From: Phoronis australis
Lineage: Eukaryota; Animalia; Phoronida
Length of the DNA: 64,000 nucleotides
Assembly (NCBI GenBank): GCA_002633005.1
Contig: NMRA01000841.1
Coordinates: 1 to 64,000 of the forward strand
Reading direction: 5' to 3'
Made by a program: the position numbers and the translations under genes. This document shows positions 13,131-27,400 of this stretch, piece after piece. Below the pieces are notes generated by a model that ran no database searches, had not been told where the DNA came from, and saw nothing but the letters and a program-made list of their open reading frames with translations. How positions within the stretch are numbered: the first letter of the stretch is position 1; every line of letters starts with the position of its first letter.

Positions 13131-15559
13131 CCCAGTTCACTCAGCACTGTAAAAAGGTGACAAATGTGTCATTGCTGATTGTGCCAAGATGCGTAGAAAC
13201 TTTCACATCCACTAGAGGATAGTGCACAAAACTGAGATCTAGCAAGATCGCATGCTTTGCCTGCTCCATGGTGCTCATAATTACCAAAGTCTCGTGGGGG
13301 ATTGACGTCAGTGAATATGCTCCCATCATGTGTCCACTAGCTAAGCACCAGTGTCTTTGGCAATTGGTGTGCAAAGGGAGCTTGCATAGTCATGGATAAG
13401 CTACTCATGTGTCACTTTGTTGAATGCACAACTGGCGATACCTCGCTCAAGCCATGTGGAATACTAATGTCTGCATTTTACAAATTCCTGGTGAAATTAA
13501 TCAATAGATGTTAGTGTTTATTGTATATCAAAAATTAACTCTGTCGTTTTATCAGATTGTCACATTATATCAAGGATAAGTGATTCTCTGCGGAACAGAA
13601 TATTGTTTTGGTGTGTTGATTTTCATAAAAATAACATTTCATTAGCCAAAACTCAGTCAACTCAAAAAACGAATTGTATTTAAGCATTGAATTGTCTTGA
13701 GACAGCAAAAGGGTCTTGTTAATTGTTCGTTTTGAGGCAAGACTGTATTGCTTGTAACTTGCAGACTCATGGTTGCAATTATACCACTTACAAACATTAA
13801 GCTATTAATAAGTCTACTATTTGATGGCAAGTTCAGATTTTTAGATTTTGGATTGAAACTTGGATCATGCTGTTAGTTTTCATATTTACTATTTTTATTT
13901 TAAAACATTGAATTATGTAGAGATATTTTATTGGTGTAGTAAAGAATTATATTAGACTACCTAATGTAAGGAATCAACATGTTCATAATTACCAGTAATT
14001 TTTATAAGTACCGGTAATTGCACAATTATTCCACATAAATTATTGGCTTACGACCAAATTTCTGTATCAGTGGTAGAGTTGTCTATCATTTTCTCAGATT
14101 CAGGTTTAATGTTGTTCCTTCAGGGGAGCGAGATTAATATACATCCTTGTGCAATACCACACCATACCACCTTCACAACAACTGTCCGATTGTGTTTGGT
14201 TCAACCAACAGTCGTAGCGTAGGTTGTTCAGTGGCCCAGCTTTGATATTGTTATCATGTTCTACTAGGTTGGTATATCATATTCGTTCACTGAATGTTCA
14301 GCAAAAACTACATCAGTCATAACTGAATGCTCATAATTTTTTCAAGTGCAGTTTGTCAGCATACTCTGAATGTGTTGTGTACATTGTAAAAAGATGAGAT
14401 TTCCATTTTAATTTGTAAAGGCTCTAACACTTCAGTTAGCATCACATGGTACAATACACCAGTTGTAGCATATAATGCAAATATGCCTATGCACACTTTG
14501 TTTTCATGTCGTCATCTGTGTACTTTCCGTGCCTTCGTTGTGATACAAATACAACGTGTAAGTTATATTACGTCGATGTAAATACTTTTCAATTACATTT
14601 ACTGTACATGTGAAGTGAATAGATTATATCGAATACGTTTGTTGAGTTTCTGTTGTCAAGCTTTGATTTTATGCTTGCAGTTGCCTTTTGACTTTCAATG
14701 GAATGTCCCCCAATATCCTATACCAATTTTCGCAAGTTCACCCCCAAGTACAGTACTGTACCATGAGCCAATTAAAAAGCAAAGGTACAATAATGACAAT
14801 ACTTGACTCTAGTGGCAGCTTGATTTGAAACAATCTCGTGTACAGGTGTTCAGTTTTCGAACTTCAGCAAATAAATGTGCTGGCCCTCCTGGCCAGTTAG
14901 TCTAAAAATTTACTGGCCCAGGTGCCAAGTTAACTTTTAAGTTACTGGCCCGGCCGCAAATCCACTGGGCCCAGGACACCGGGCCAGCGTGTATTCTGAA
15001 TGCTGGAAGTGTTTGAATTTAACTGGTCCTTATATCCATTAGCCACAGTGCTATCAGTAATAACTTAATAACAGTTGGACAGGGAAGTCTGTTCAGAATT
15101 TCCAAACGTGCATTGGCCTCTACAAAATGGGTGTCAAACCTGTGGTTATCGTTCTTTTCCTTGATCACATTAAGTTTCCTTTGAGAGGCAACCAGGTGAC
15201 GAAATTTCCAAAAGAAACTAGTTCACAATGGTAGACATGAAACCACCCGGGCTTTTACGTAGTCAAAGCAACTCCGAGGCTAGTTATGCTTGAGCTTTGT
15301 GTAACCGCACAACCAAACACACTAACTGGCTGCAGATTAAGTTACTGAAGTGAAATTTTAGTTTTGTAAGCTTACCTTCATACTACAAAGTACTGTGGAT
15401 AAGCACTTTCTGTAGAAGTTTGTTATGCCACAACGCATTTCCTTCAGCCCTACGTCACCACTCAAGGACATTTACAATAGTCGAGATGAAGGTAAGCCCA
15501 AGGTTTATTCAATACCAGCTTGTGGCAGATTTGGGGGAGGGGAGAGTGCATTCTTCTTA

Positions 15560-16118
15560 GGGCTGTTCCAGCAAAATCTGTGGAAGGGGGGAAGGCAACT
15601 GAAATAAAAATTTGTGGGTGGTTGCGTTTGATTTAAATTCGAAATGGCTGGTGGTCGTACTTCAAAAAATAAAAATTTACAGGTCGTTGTTGTTTCATTG
15701 GGCCATAAATGTTTGATGGTGGGTAATTTTAGTAAATTTTAAAAACAATCTGCACAGAATCAAAAACTGAAACAAAAATGCAACTTGCAAAAAGCTCCGA
15801 CTTTTTCACTCCCTCCGATCTCATCGGCATGCCCACAACACCAGTTAACCACAGGTGCTCTAATTTCTCGATGGCTAATAACCATATATAAGAAACATGT
15901 TTTCTTAGTAATGAATGACGTTAGTGGTGATGGAGGAACAGATAAACTCAAGCGCCTGTGCAGTCAAGCACAAGAACAAAAAAAAATTACGGGTGGTTGC
16001 ATTTCAAACTTATAAAAAATTACGGATGGTAGGCTGAAGAAATAAATGAAAAATACGGGTGGTGGGTGCAAAAAAAGGTGCCTTCCCCCCTCCCATACAG
16101 ATTTTACTGGAACAGCCC
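15560..16118. mobile_element. MITE, PIF/Harbinger (Tourist)-like
   Basis: TIRs GGGCTGTTCCAGCAAAATCTGT / ACAGATTTTACTGGAACAGCCC, flanked by TTA at both ends. Confidence 0.75.
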
Positions 16119-16834
16119 TTAGGTAATGAGGCATGACCAGATCTAAAGGCATGGTATTGTGCAAGTATGAATGTCGTGTACAACCCGTCTGTGCTTGCTT
16201 GTATTACTAACTGCTTGGTTTGAGGCGTTGCCTCTTCATTTTTTAAAATTTGGCCAATGTCAGTATTTATGACCTTTGTTATGGGCAGACAAAACAACTG
16301 ACAATTGATTGGCTGCATTAATACCACTATATCTTATTTCCTGCGTTACGCAGAAATTCCACAGAATCCCCATTGGCAGACTTCAAAAGTATACCAAACC
16401 CAGCTTTGGCCTACTAACAGACTGATATCAAAAATGACTTTCCATCCAATTTCCTGAAACAAAATAATGCTCTATAACCCTCGACAACCCTCAAAAGTTC
16501 GGAGGAAAATGTGAGAACTCCTTGTCTGCTAAACGAGCAAGCGTGACCTGTGCTTTTAATGAATTACAAGGCAACAATCGGGTAAGACCACCAACCACGA
16601 ATCGTGACACCCAATCTGTGACTCCTGCTTTTATCTTTCAAGACTGACGCCAATGACAGAAAGAGGATTGGCTGAAATCGTCAAAACAGGGTTTAGTATC
16701 CTTTTTAATATATTTAAGGGCAAGTCTAGATCACGTCTGCGTACAACAGATGGCACAAATAATACCAAATTACCCAAATTATATTAGATGCTCAATAGGG
16801 TAATTTACATATTGATAAAACAATGCGTGTACAA

Positions 16835-16840
16835 TTTATT
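16835..16840 (-). terminator. Candidate polyadenylation signal for Ttd14
   Basis: AATAAA on the minus strand at the end of about 1.3 kb of U-rich sequence after the stop; not proven. Confidence 0.3.
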
Positions 16841-17104
16841 TTATATCCAAATACAATACATAACTTTCACCAAGGTTAGTGGAACTGATGGTCTAATCTC
16901 TCGCGATAACCAAACTGTTGTACAAGTTTTAAAAACCTGTTCTAAGAAAACAACTTGATTAACACATTTTATAACGCCAGCATAAATAAAAAATCAACTC
17001 AACATTCAACAGCCAAATAGGTGATGTTGCCCATTGATTCAAGTTAATGTGAAGTTTAACTAGGTTACACTATAACATCACATTTTAAATATTTCGTAGT
17101 TTTA

Positions 17105-17275
17105 TGAATAAATGCATTAGAAATTTCACTGCAGTGTTGTGTGGAAGAACAAGGAATTGAGCACCAAGACTTCAACCACTACTTTGTGAATAAATGCATA
17201 AAAAATTTCACTGCAGTGTTGTGTGGAAGAACAAGGAATTGAGCACCAAGACTTCAACCATTACTTTGTGAATAA
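17105..17275. repeat. 82-bp tandem duplication (about 2.1 copies)
   Basis: TGAATAAATGCAT...CAAGACTTCAACCA.TACTTTG at 17105 and 17187; partial third copy at 17269. Confidence 0.9.
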
Positions 17276-18122
17276 TTTTAATCTTCAGATGATGTAAACA
17301 TAACTGTCAATGAGAAATGGTGAAATGTGACACTGTCATAAGCCAGTTCCTCCGTGCACCAAACCCATGGGAATTAAAGAAGATGCTCTTATGTAACTGT
17401 CCGTTTACATTTGTTCAAGTGGGCAGAATAAAGCACGAATGTAAATTGTGGTGCATCAAAATGGTAGCAATGGTTATGGACAGCTTGTTAAATACCTCAA
17501 CCTGAACCTGGTCTGAAGAAAATTATCAACTGCAATCACCCTGAGAAACGTGAACCTATGCGCTTTTTGACGGCAGTAAAATTAGACAAAAAATAAACAC
17601 TCACCAAACTGAAAATCTTGCAGTTGACAATAGTTAAATAAATAAGAGCAAGTAAGTCATTAATAGGTTAACAATAAAATGGAAGACATCTTGTCCTTTA
17701 AAATAAAAAATACATTGTGCTTGAAATTCCTTCTTAAATAATATGCAACAAGAAAATTAGCCACACGTCGGATTCACTTCCATGCAGGCTAAATCTTTTT
17801 GCAAGTAAACATTGACTAAAATGTCATTTTGCAATTCACCAAAAATAAGATCCATGTATGTTCACAGAGTAGTTGTAGCAGACATATGCTGACGCATGTT
17901 CAAAAAATCTATGAAACATTATGCAAATAAAACAAACAAAGCATATACTAAAAAATCATTTAGATCTCCTTTGTTAAATCAAACACCATCTAAGTTCACA
18001 TAAAAAACAAATCTCACAAGCTGCCAAAATACAACGCAATATTAACACGCCCAATAACGAAAATATTTTCAAGATTGGTTATCTAATCCACACTTCCCCA
18101 CGGCACAGGGTCAGCTACTGGG

Positions 18123-18405
18123 TTATGAGAGGCTATTCTTTACAGCATTCCCACCATTCAATACAACTTCCGATATCGACGACTTGATTCCATTCATGTT
18201 TGCCAAAGTGTCGACAGAAGCGTCACTGCAGGAGCCATTCTTCATCTCGTTGACAATAATCTCGCGATGATGGCTGTCCTTCATAGACAACGTGTACATC
18301 GAGTAGTTGGGGTCATCCGTTACCTCACGTACAATCTCCATGAAGTCGGGCAGGTCAAGTTGTGATCGGGCTGTGTACGTCTCCAGTAGAATAAGGTCTT
18401 TACAT
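18123..18405 (-). CDS. Ttd14: Ttd14 last coding exon
   Basis: ctag|A TGT AAA...; [11 protein letters not shown]...[23 protein letters not shown]...NSLS*. Confidence 0.93.
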
Positions 18406-21400
18406 CTAGATGAAACAAATAAATGGGATAGTAATGAATTTTCCAATAAAATGCCACAAAATTGAATGCTTTTACTGAACATCAATATCAAATGACATTT
18501 TAATAAGACTCTGTGCGTTCTTTGACATAATGACAAATCGTGCATTCTGTTACGAATCCTGCTTTCTAGATGTAATAATAATCTTGAAATAACACGCTCC
18601 CAAAGAGCAGTGGATATACCGCTTAATGAGTTCCAAGTAGGTAATGCAACAAAAACTGTTCAAGAAAACAAGCAGCAGACGACAAAGTTCCACTATTTTA
18701 GCTGGATAAAAACAACAATGGAATTGGGCCTCTCCTCATATACAACTGGTCATAACACTTTCCTTAAAACTCATGAAAGGAGTGGTACCAATAAGGACAA
18801 ATCCTTGAGAGGTCCAGAAACGTGTTGGAAAAGTGCTAATTTTATTAGTGTTAGACAACAAAGAAATTCGAAAAATGCTTGGTAGGGAATTCTATTCAAA
18901 AACAGATCAATCACGTGACACAACAATGACTACTATAAGTACATTGCAGACCAGATGGTAGTTTTGGCTCTTCACAGAAGAGCTTGAAATATGTTTAATG
19001 TGACAGCTGAAAGGCAGCTTTAAAACTATGTCATTCGGATTAACCACTGACACAGACAGGGAGCTTAAAGAGGGGGGCATCTCCCCAATACTAACAGCAA
19101 ACAAGAACAACGCGGAGCGTTGAATATACGCCCACGGCTGCAACGCAAATAGTGTGCTTCTAGGGGAGTATATTAGTACCCAAAAATTGCCATTAGATGG
19201 CACAGAATACAATAAAGCTATCTGAAAATGGGAAGGTGTTGTTGTCTCTCAAAACTATCTTCAAATTTCATGAAAATCCATTAATGATCTCTTAAAATAG
19301 AAAGGCAGACATAAAAAAACAAATTTAAAAAATTGCCATTAGGAACCACAGCAGCAGTCGAATCTGTCCCTTTGTTGTCACATTGATACGAATACAACAG
19401 CAAAATTTCAAAAACAACATGCAAGGATTTAGGAGATACAGCCGTAGATGCAAAAAATGGCACCAGAAGGCACCACAGCATTTGGACCCATCTGAAAATC
19501 CACATCAGTCGTGCTCTTGTCAGTAGGAATACATCTGCCGACTTTGATAATGATCCTCGTCACAGTTTGGCAGATACAAAAGCAGAAGACAAAAAACTCA
19601 AAAATAATCAGCATCAGCCTCGGTCTTCTCATCAGGAACATATCTTCAAATTTTAATAATGATCCTTCAACGGGATTGGTGGATGGAGGGGATGCCGTCA
19701 CAAATGTACTCAAAAAAATTTAAAATGGCTACTTGGTGGTGCAGAATATGTCAAAACCCCCGGAGAATGAGAAGGCATCGCCTCTATTTAATAGAAACCT
19801 ATTTGCAAAATTTTATGATAACAAAATCTTCCACTATACGCTGAATCTATTCAAAAATGGGAAACGTCACCGTCTTTTTAATAGAAACCTATTTATTAAA
19901 TTCTAAAAAAATCCACATGTAAATATCTGGGCACATAAAGATGTTCCCAAAAGCATGTCTGAGTTTCAACTATGGCCTGACACTGCATGCAGATAAGCTA
20001 GACGGTCTTGGGTCTTACCTTGATATCACTGGCTCCAGATATATGTCCATTTGATAGTACTGGTTGTTCCACAGAAAACATCTCCTCTTTTTCACGATCG
20101 TGTAATGCTGATCATCGCGCTGAGCAAGCAGCAGCTGAAACATAACAGAGGACATAGTAAAGAAACGAGGCAACTTTGTCGACTCAAACACTGACGGGTT
20201 CTACTGAACATTATGCACACCATATTAGCTATGAACAAAAGATCAAACCCAACAACGAACGCATACGTGTCAACCAAGTGAAAACGCTAATAATTTCAAT
20301 CTTGCAAATAACAGAACAACAGTCTATCGGAAAAAAATGATAAAACCATGCCACACTGAGAATGAACCAAGAAAAACTGCTGAGCAACAAACTATTTCAC
20401 TCTTCACACAAATTTGTTTGGTGTTGCTGTCTACTGGCATCCATTTTCACACTTAACAGTTTGCTTGGTGCTACTGTTCACTGATAGGCACATTCACACT
20501 TGAACTAATAGCCACCAAGAAAACACACTACACTGCCATGAAGTATTTCCGGGAAGTCAAGTCACATGCAAAAAATCTACTCCAAACTTTTCCTCATCCA
20601 TTAAGTTCTGTTTCACTATTGTATTGAGCTACTTTCGCACAGACAAGAAGTTTTGGACATGCAACAATGGTTATTTCAAAGACGACAAAATATTTTTCTA
20701 TCAGAACACAGATACTCTACGGCCATACCAAAACAGACATAGTATAAATAATTACAAATGTTCTAATGTCAGTCATGATGTATTTCAATCTCAGGCTCCC
20801 CATGTAAACCTTATATTGCTTAGTGGTTTGAGATTTAACTGCCGAGTTGGTATCGCTAAATTTGAAAACGAATCATCAATAATGAGGTCAGGCGAATCTT
20901 AAACATGAAGATATTCTACCAAGTCAACAGAGGTAACTTTTGGTATTTATCCACATTCAACACGGGAACATTTAGTAGACAATTTGTGCTATGAAAATCA
21001 TGCACTCAAATCAATTACCAATCAAATGCCTGCATTCAGAAAGAGTCAACATCAGGCAGTTTAGTGAAAATCTAAATTTAAAAGCCAATGCAAACGCCAA
21101 TCTATTTTTTGAAAATCAAGACCACACAAAACACAAAGTAAAACAACAGTAAGTTTGCAAATCAGTGCTGTTGAAAGGGGTGTAGTTAAGACCCATCAAC
21201 GACACCAGTACAGAGTAAGGTGACCACCAGTACAGAGTAAGGTGACTACTACGCCATAGAAACACACAGTACAATACGGTTGTAAGTTAGAGCAGCCAAA
21301 CAACCGTGTTAGTAAAAACAGACTGCGAAACTACACACTCCCCGTTTCTCTGCTAGTTCTGACCAGAAACACATTTAGTCAACGGCGGAGTGACAGGAGA

Positions 21401-24400
21401 CGTTAATAACAAAATGAGATCAGTGCTATTGAAAAGCTCTAAAATACATTAATTCAAGTCTTGAAGATTAACGGCCTCACTCATGACTTGGGACTCGGAA
21501 ATTTGCGTCTTTTTGAAATATACATTTACACACTTTCATAGGTGGTTCCACCAAAGCATGATTTTGTTTTCCAGGCTATAATTTTTGTTTCCCAGGGTAT
21601 AAATTCTGTTTGCTTTCCAAGAATAATCTTCCCCAAGACAATAGAACTTATTTTTTATCACAATTCTGAAATTAGAACTTATTCTTCAATATTTCCCACA
21701 AGTTTTTTATTACTTGTAAGGAAACTGGATTAGGTTTTTAGGTTTTCCACCAGAAAAAGTAACTGAAAAATGTTTTTCACGTTCACAAGGCAAGAGCAAG
21801 TTTCCAAAAAGTTATTCCAAAGTCAACAGCACAAGCCTTGGCCCTAAGAAAGCCTGTTACGAGATTTTGTCACTTACACTTTCAGTCTAAATGGATAACA
21901 CTTTCCATTTTTGTGAGTAACAGAGAAACTAGGGAATAGCAGGCAAGTGATAAAACCACACACATTACTGCCTCAGTCACCTTGTAGTCCCGCGCGGTAA
22001 TGCGAGTCTTTAACTCAATTTTTTGCCCGCAGGTGTCAGGCTGACGCAGTGTGTGCACGTATGTCCACAGTCCTACGACAAAAAATGTCAAACAATGCGA
22101 TGCTAAGGAATCATGATCACTGACGACCGATGACTTTCAGCTCTGACATGGGTCATGTACCAGGAAGCACATCTCAGGGGTCATGTCTCAGGAGACCATT
22201 TATCACTGATGATCACCAGACCGATGAATTTTCAACGAATATCCCAACAATCATCCTTAACTGAATAAAAAATCTAAATTGCATCGCAATGGCAATGAAT
22301 TCAAAAAATTTGCACAAAAGTGAATGATGTTGACTCAAGATACAATCTCAGTTTAGCAAGACATAGATTACACTCCTGATTCAGTCAAGAGATGTGCTAG
22401 AGACACGTGACCCATGACCGTTGAGTCAACGGAAGGTCAAACAGGAACCAGGAGTCATCTGAAAAGCAGATCATGGGTGCAAATTTTCACATCATGGCTG
22501 AAACACGTCAAAAGAAATGCTGGTCACCTGGTAGTTGTTGAAGTCAATTTCCTGTTTCACCTCAATCTTGTGTTCCTGTGTCTTCTTTGGCCGGCGAATT
22601 GTGTGAGTGTAGGTCCAGGAACCTGGAAATCAGAAGGTGGCACGCGGCGCACGCGCTCGGCAGGTTAACAATAGCGTGGTGTAAATATGTGCTTCGCAGA
22701 AGTTACATACTATATGGAGAACACATTAAGGTGAACTTAAATACCGAGTCTGAGAACCAGCTAACAATCACAATCCTTAAATAAACACTGGCTGTAGTCT
22801 GGAGCGCTTGAATACATGTTGAAAATAGAGAGCTCGTTAGCTTGGAATGCATTCTGTAAAAAAATCCCACAGCTGAGCTTGAAACCAGTTTATAAATCAC
22901 TTTATAAGAAGACAGTTTGGTCCCATCACCAATCAGGCTGCTTCACAACGTGGCTTCCAACTCCACCAGTTTACATTGCTACACCCACAAAAGTGACCTC
23001 CAATTTCCATGCACAGTTATTAAATAAACAAGCCACAGGGCACTCAGGACCTTATGGCAATAACTCTTTGTAGTGACCTGAACAAAATGTTGCACTTTTT
23101 AACTTCAATGCTAAGCTCAAAGTTATGGCTGAAGTCTTTAGGAGGTGTACTACAGTAACAATAACATCCATGATGTGTTTTAACCATAGTTCACTGAATC
23201 TGTTGCCATATAGAGCCGAGTCACATTATCAAAATGGGTCATAGGGGAGGCAAACAAAGCATGGCAGGCAGAGCTGTACTCACTATAACTAGACTATGAG
23301 CACATTCATTCATTACCAACAGACATGTTATGTCTGACCTATTCAACCAGAAACTGTTACAAGTTCAATATAGTTGTTTTGTTACTCTTATGTTCAGCGA
23401 CAAGATTATGTGCACTGATCAACTATTTTCATGCAATGTGACTGCAATTGAAAGTACGGTATTTTAGTGCCCAGTGCTGGTCAAGAGGAAAGTGTCTTGG
23501 TTGATATTTCATAAGTCACACTACCATCCACATTCATAGTTCCATGTTTAATTGTTCATTCACATTAGATAAACTGCAAAATATTTCCAATGCGTTAGAA
23601 AGGTGGAAATTTTCTGACTTTGAGCTCATGTATCCCATCGATACTCGATAATAGTTAATCATACATCCAGACGTTTATTCATCTGATCGTAAAATCTACA
23701 ACACGTTTCATCAGCTACAGGCACTTTTCCTCTTTCGTCCTCTGAATATCGTTGATATGCAATGCAAATGACCCAAGTACATCTAAAACCTTTTTAACAC
23801 TTTCGTTAACAAACAATGTTTGTGGGACAAAAAGATGGATTATGGTTGTATTTAAATGTTCCCAGGAACTGGAATGATTAGCTCGACTGACATGCCGGAA
23901 CTATCCATTGACCTATCGCAAGCTCCGCCCCCTTGCGAAATGTTGGGTAAAATGGTGGCTTAGAAACGAAGGTGTGTCACGAATGCTGCGTTCTGATTGG
24001 TCACTTAAGCCATCACTCAAAGACCTGGCGATAGGTCCATTACCAAGTAGTGCAACATGATTAGAATGTAATAACTAATCTTATAAGTGCGAACTGAACA
24101 TTGTAAGTACTAGGTGTATTACAATTACGGACAATGTGACAGTTACTGGTTTCCAACCTTACCGTTCTGTCCACGACGACGTATGCGCGCCTGCATCTTG
24201 CCATAGGGAGTCACTAGGTAATCATGAACCACATCAAATTCTTGATACTTCATACCCTACAAATGTAACACTCAATATTTTCATGGTGCCTTACTTCACA
24301 TAAGCAGTAACATCAACCAATGCCCATACTTTGACCATATCAGAAGGCACGATCTAAGAGGTTAAGTTTCAACATTGGCTTGTTTTCGCAGTACTTTGGA

Positions 24401-27400
24401 CTTGACTCCTATACATAAGGACCAAGATTGAGTTTCTGCCGGACACAATGCTTCATTCTTCAGAGGTTCACAGGAGCAGGGTGTTAGCCAGGATACTGAT
24501 ATTGCCAGTCAAGTAATCTTGCGTAGCCGAATTTGTAAGGTCCGTAGTGTTGAGTGGGGGAGGTCACATGAGAGGGGGTTTCCCACCTCCCTCCTATAGG
24601 AAACTTTAGATTTTTGTCCCTGAAAGGAAGCATTTTCCTTGATTTCTGCATCATAAATTTGCTATTTTGATTGTTAGTATGTTTTATTGAACGCAACACC
24701 CTAACTTCGCGCCTTAACTGCATTTCCGACGTATTTCCAATGCATGCAGTGCACAAGTGAATCGAGGGATAGCAATCTTCACAAATACTCTATTCTGTTC
24801 ACATCGTTTTCGCTGATGTGAAAAAGGCTGCTCTTATGCAGGGCTAGATGAAAGTTCTGTTTGGAGATTAGACTCCATCTGAATGTAATTTCTTGTTTAT
24901 CAGACAGTAGCAGTTCATTTGGGGAGTGTGTGTTATAAATGATTTGTCACATGTTATTTATGGGGAGCGTTTAGTAACTATCTCGCTGCGAGAAATTCAT
25001 CCAAAATCTCGTGGTCTCGTCGAAAACACACGGCAATATAGCCTTGCAAGTTCTTGCTTTTTTAGCAAGACGCTAGCATTACTGCAAGCTCCCCAGAACT
25101 ATCGCCTGGGTCTCAGCCTACATTGTCGGATAACCCAGGAATGAGTAAGTCTGTCGGCACCATGAAACAAAAGGCTTGTGACTCTTTTTGGATAAAAAAC
25201 ATAAACTAAACTAAACATTCATGAGAAGGGCAGAAAAACAAAATGAAGCTAAGAGATCACGGGGGTGGCTAGAGGTATAAAAAGACAAGATTTCCAGGGC
25301 TTTACAACACCCAAGACGACTAAGTTTGTACAACTGTGCAGTCGGTTTCAAAGTCTTGTGTGCGACTCCAGCAAAGGCATCACTCAGCAATGCAACAATT
25401 TGAAATTTTCTGTGTAATAGCGGAGTTGCAACCGAATCGATTTAACGATTGCGCATGTCCGGAAATTAGGGTGCGCAAAGGCTACTGGGATTGTTGATGG
25501 TAAACGGGATGGCCGACTGGTTTGCACGACGTGTAATTTGTGTGCATTAAACTACGCTGTTGTATGTAATTCTGCCGCTATTCGCCCTAATTAGCGCCCA
25601 TGGCTCAACAAGTGCCCCAACGAGTTTTCAGACTTTGCTAAAGTAAGCGCCCAGCCCATGAACTACATGCGAAAAATGCCCTTACATACAGTTCTAACGT
25701 CTCCAATTTATCAATTGAAAGATCCGACAGCCTGAATTTGTAACGGACCACGAGCCTCACCGTTATGTCCGTACACTTCAAACTTACGCCGCGATTCAAA
25801 AAGAACGCAGAAGTTTTGCTGCTCTTGCGAGGGATGTGCCCCACTACGCGGGTCTGGACTTTGAAAACAGACACAGCGTACTTGTCAAAGAGCGGGATTG
25901 CATTGTTTCTTTCCAGTACAGATCTTCTCCGGCCTCAAACTTCTTTGTGCATGTGAAAACCGTGAATCGAAGACTAATAAAAAAAATCGACCAGTGTTAG
26001 CACGCGACCAAGAAGCGCGCGCTGCATAATGTACCGACTGTCATCGAAGATTAATCGGGTAACATAGCATCGGCAAATAAATATTGGCACTAATTTCCGA
26101 AAGTTTCCAATACCGTAAAAAGCTTCTGCATTATTTTTAAGAGAAATTATTTAACTAATCATAATTGGTGTTTTTAAGGTCAAAATGACCCACTTCGCAC
26201 CCTTACACCCCAAATCTTCCGGGAAATAGCTGTTACACTACGGTCACGCATCCACTCACCCGGCGACTCAATGAGTGACATGTCGGTCTTACCGAAAAAA
26301 TTCTCGAACGTTTTTAGCAGATGAGGCCAGCAAGTGCTAAGCCGTAAATATTAAAACACGCTCTGCTTGACTGCTTGACTTATTTTTTTTTTGGATACAA
26401 TGCACACCTAGATCATTACATTACTCTGGCAAATGAACTCTGATGACAAGCACACGCACGCTTACTCTCACACACACGCATACAAACTTCAAAACAAACG
26501 TCACGTGACAACAACATGTGTTCCCACAGAGATTTTTCTCGGGTTGCGTGCTACAATCTAGCGTAGATTTGGACTTAATCTGCAGTTAATCCAGACTTCA
26601 CAAGAACTTAAAAATCTTAGAGACGCTATTTGGAAAACTTGAGGAGGATTTCAGGTAATTTGTTGAGTCAAAGCTGTATTCTTATTTAAGAATTCAAGCC
26701 CTATCGACGATTGCGAGACCAGCAGCTACGCATTTGTCGGCAAGATTTCGCCCTGGAACTTCAACAAAATTTTATGAAAAATGATCGTAATTTAACAACG
26801 AATTTTGATAGCAATGTACCACAATTTTGTAGAAAGTAAATAATAATAATCTGCACGCTTTATCTTAGCGCGTAATGCATATAGTGTGCATACGTTAAGT
26901 GAGTCGACCCAGAACAGGTGATTGTGCAGAGGCATTATCCTCAAAATTGCTCATGTTGGCTTGGTTCTGGTCAAGCGAAAACAAGTTTTTTTTTCACTAC
27001 CAACCGCCGTGGAGTATTTGTTACTGTTTCTTTGAAGGGAGATATTGTTGGGCAGTTTCTAAGATACGTTTTCTTGCCGCCCTCAAAATGAGCGCTGCAC
27101 ACTTTATGCTACGAAGTCGGAAAGAATTCACGAAGTCGGCCTTTGCTACCAGCTCTACCGATGTCTCTGACCCATGTTTAACGCAGTTCTTGATCCTTGG
27201 GAAACAGGTAGTAACTAAATTTTTTATTTCGCTAACTGGTATTATAGCATGCCAGGCACACAACACGTATAACCTCCCTGTGGCCGGTTCGCCCCCACGC
27301 TTGCCGACGTACTTGTTTACCAGCTTAACCACAATGCAACATTCTGACCCATTTCCAATATGGCGGCGTTGCAACTCCGCTATTGAAAAGGTGTGCCCAT

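Noticed and set aside
22147-22416. 11/12-bp inverted match between exons 10a and 10b as a splicing-control stem
   Set aside because: A match this short can arise by chance in 455 nt; it would need conservation evidence.
23665-23782. Exon-like AG...GT segment on the minus strand between Ttd14 exons 9 and 10a
   Set aside because: It has a stop in the required phase and no similarity to 10a/10b, so it is not a third alternative exon (a poison exon cannot be excluded).
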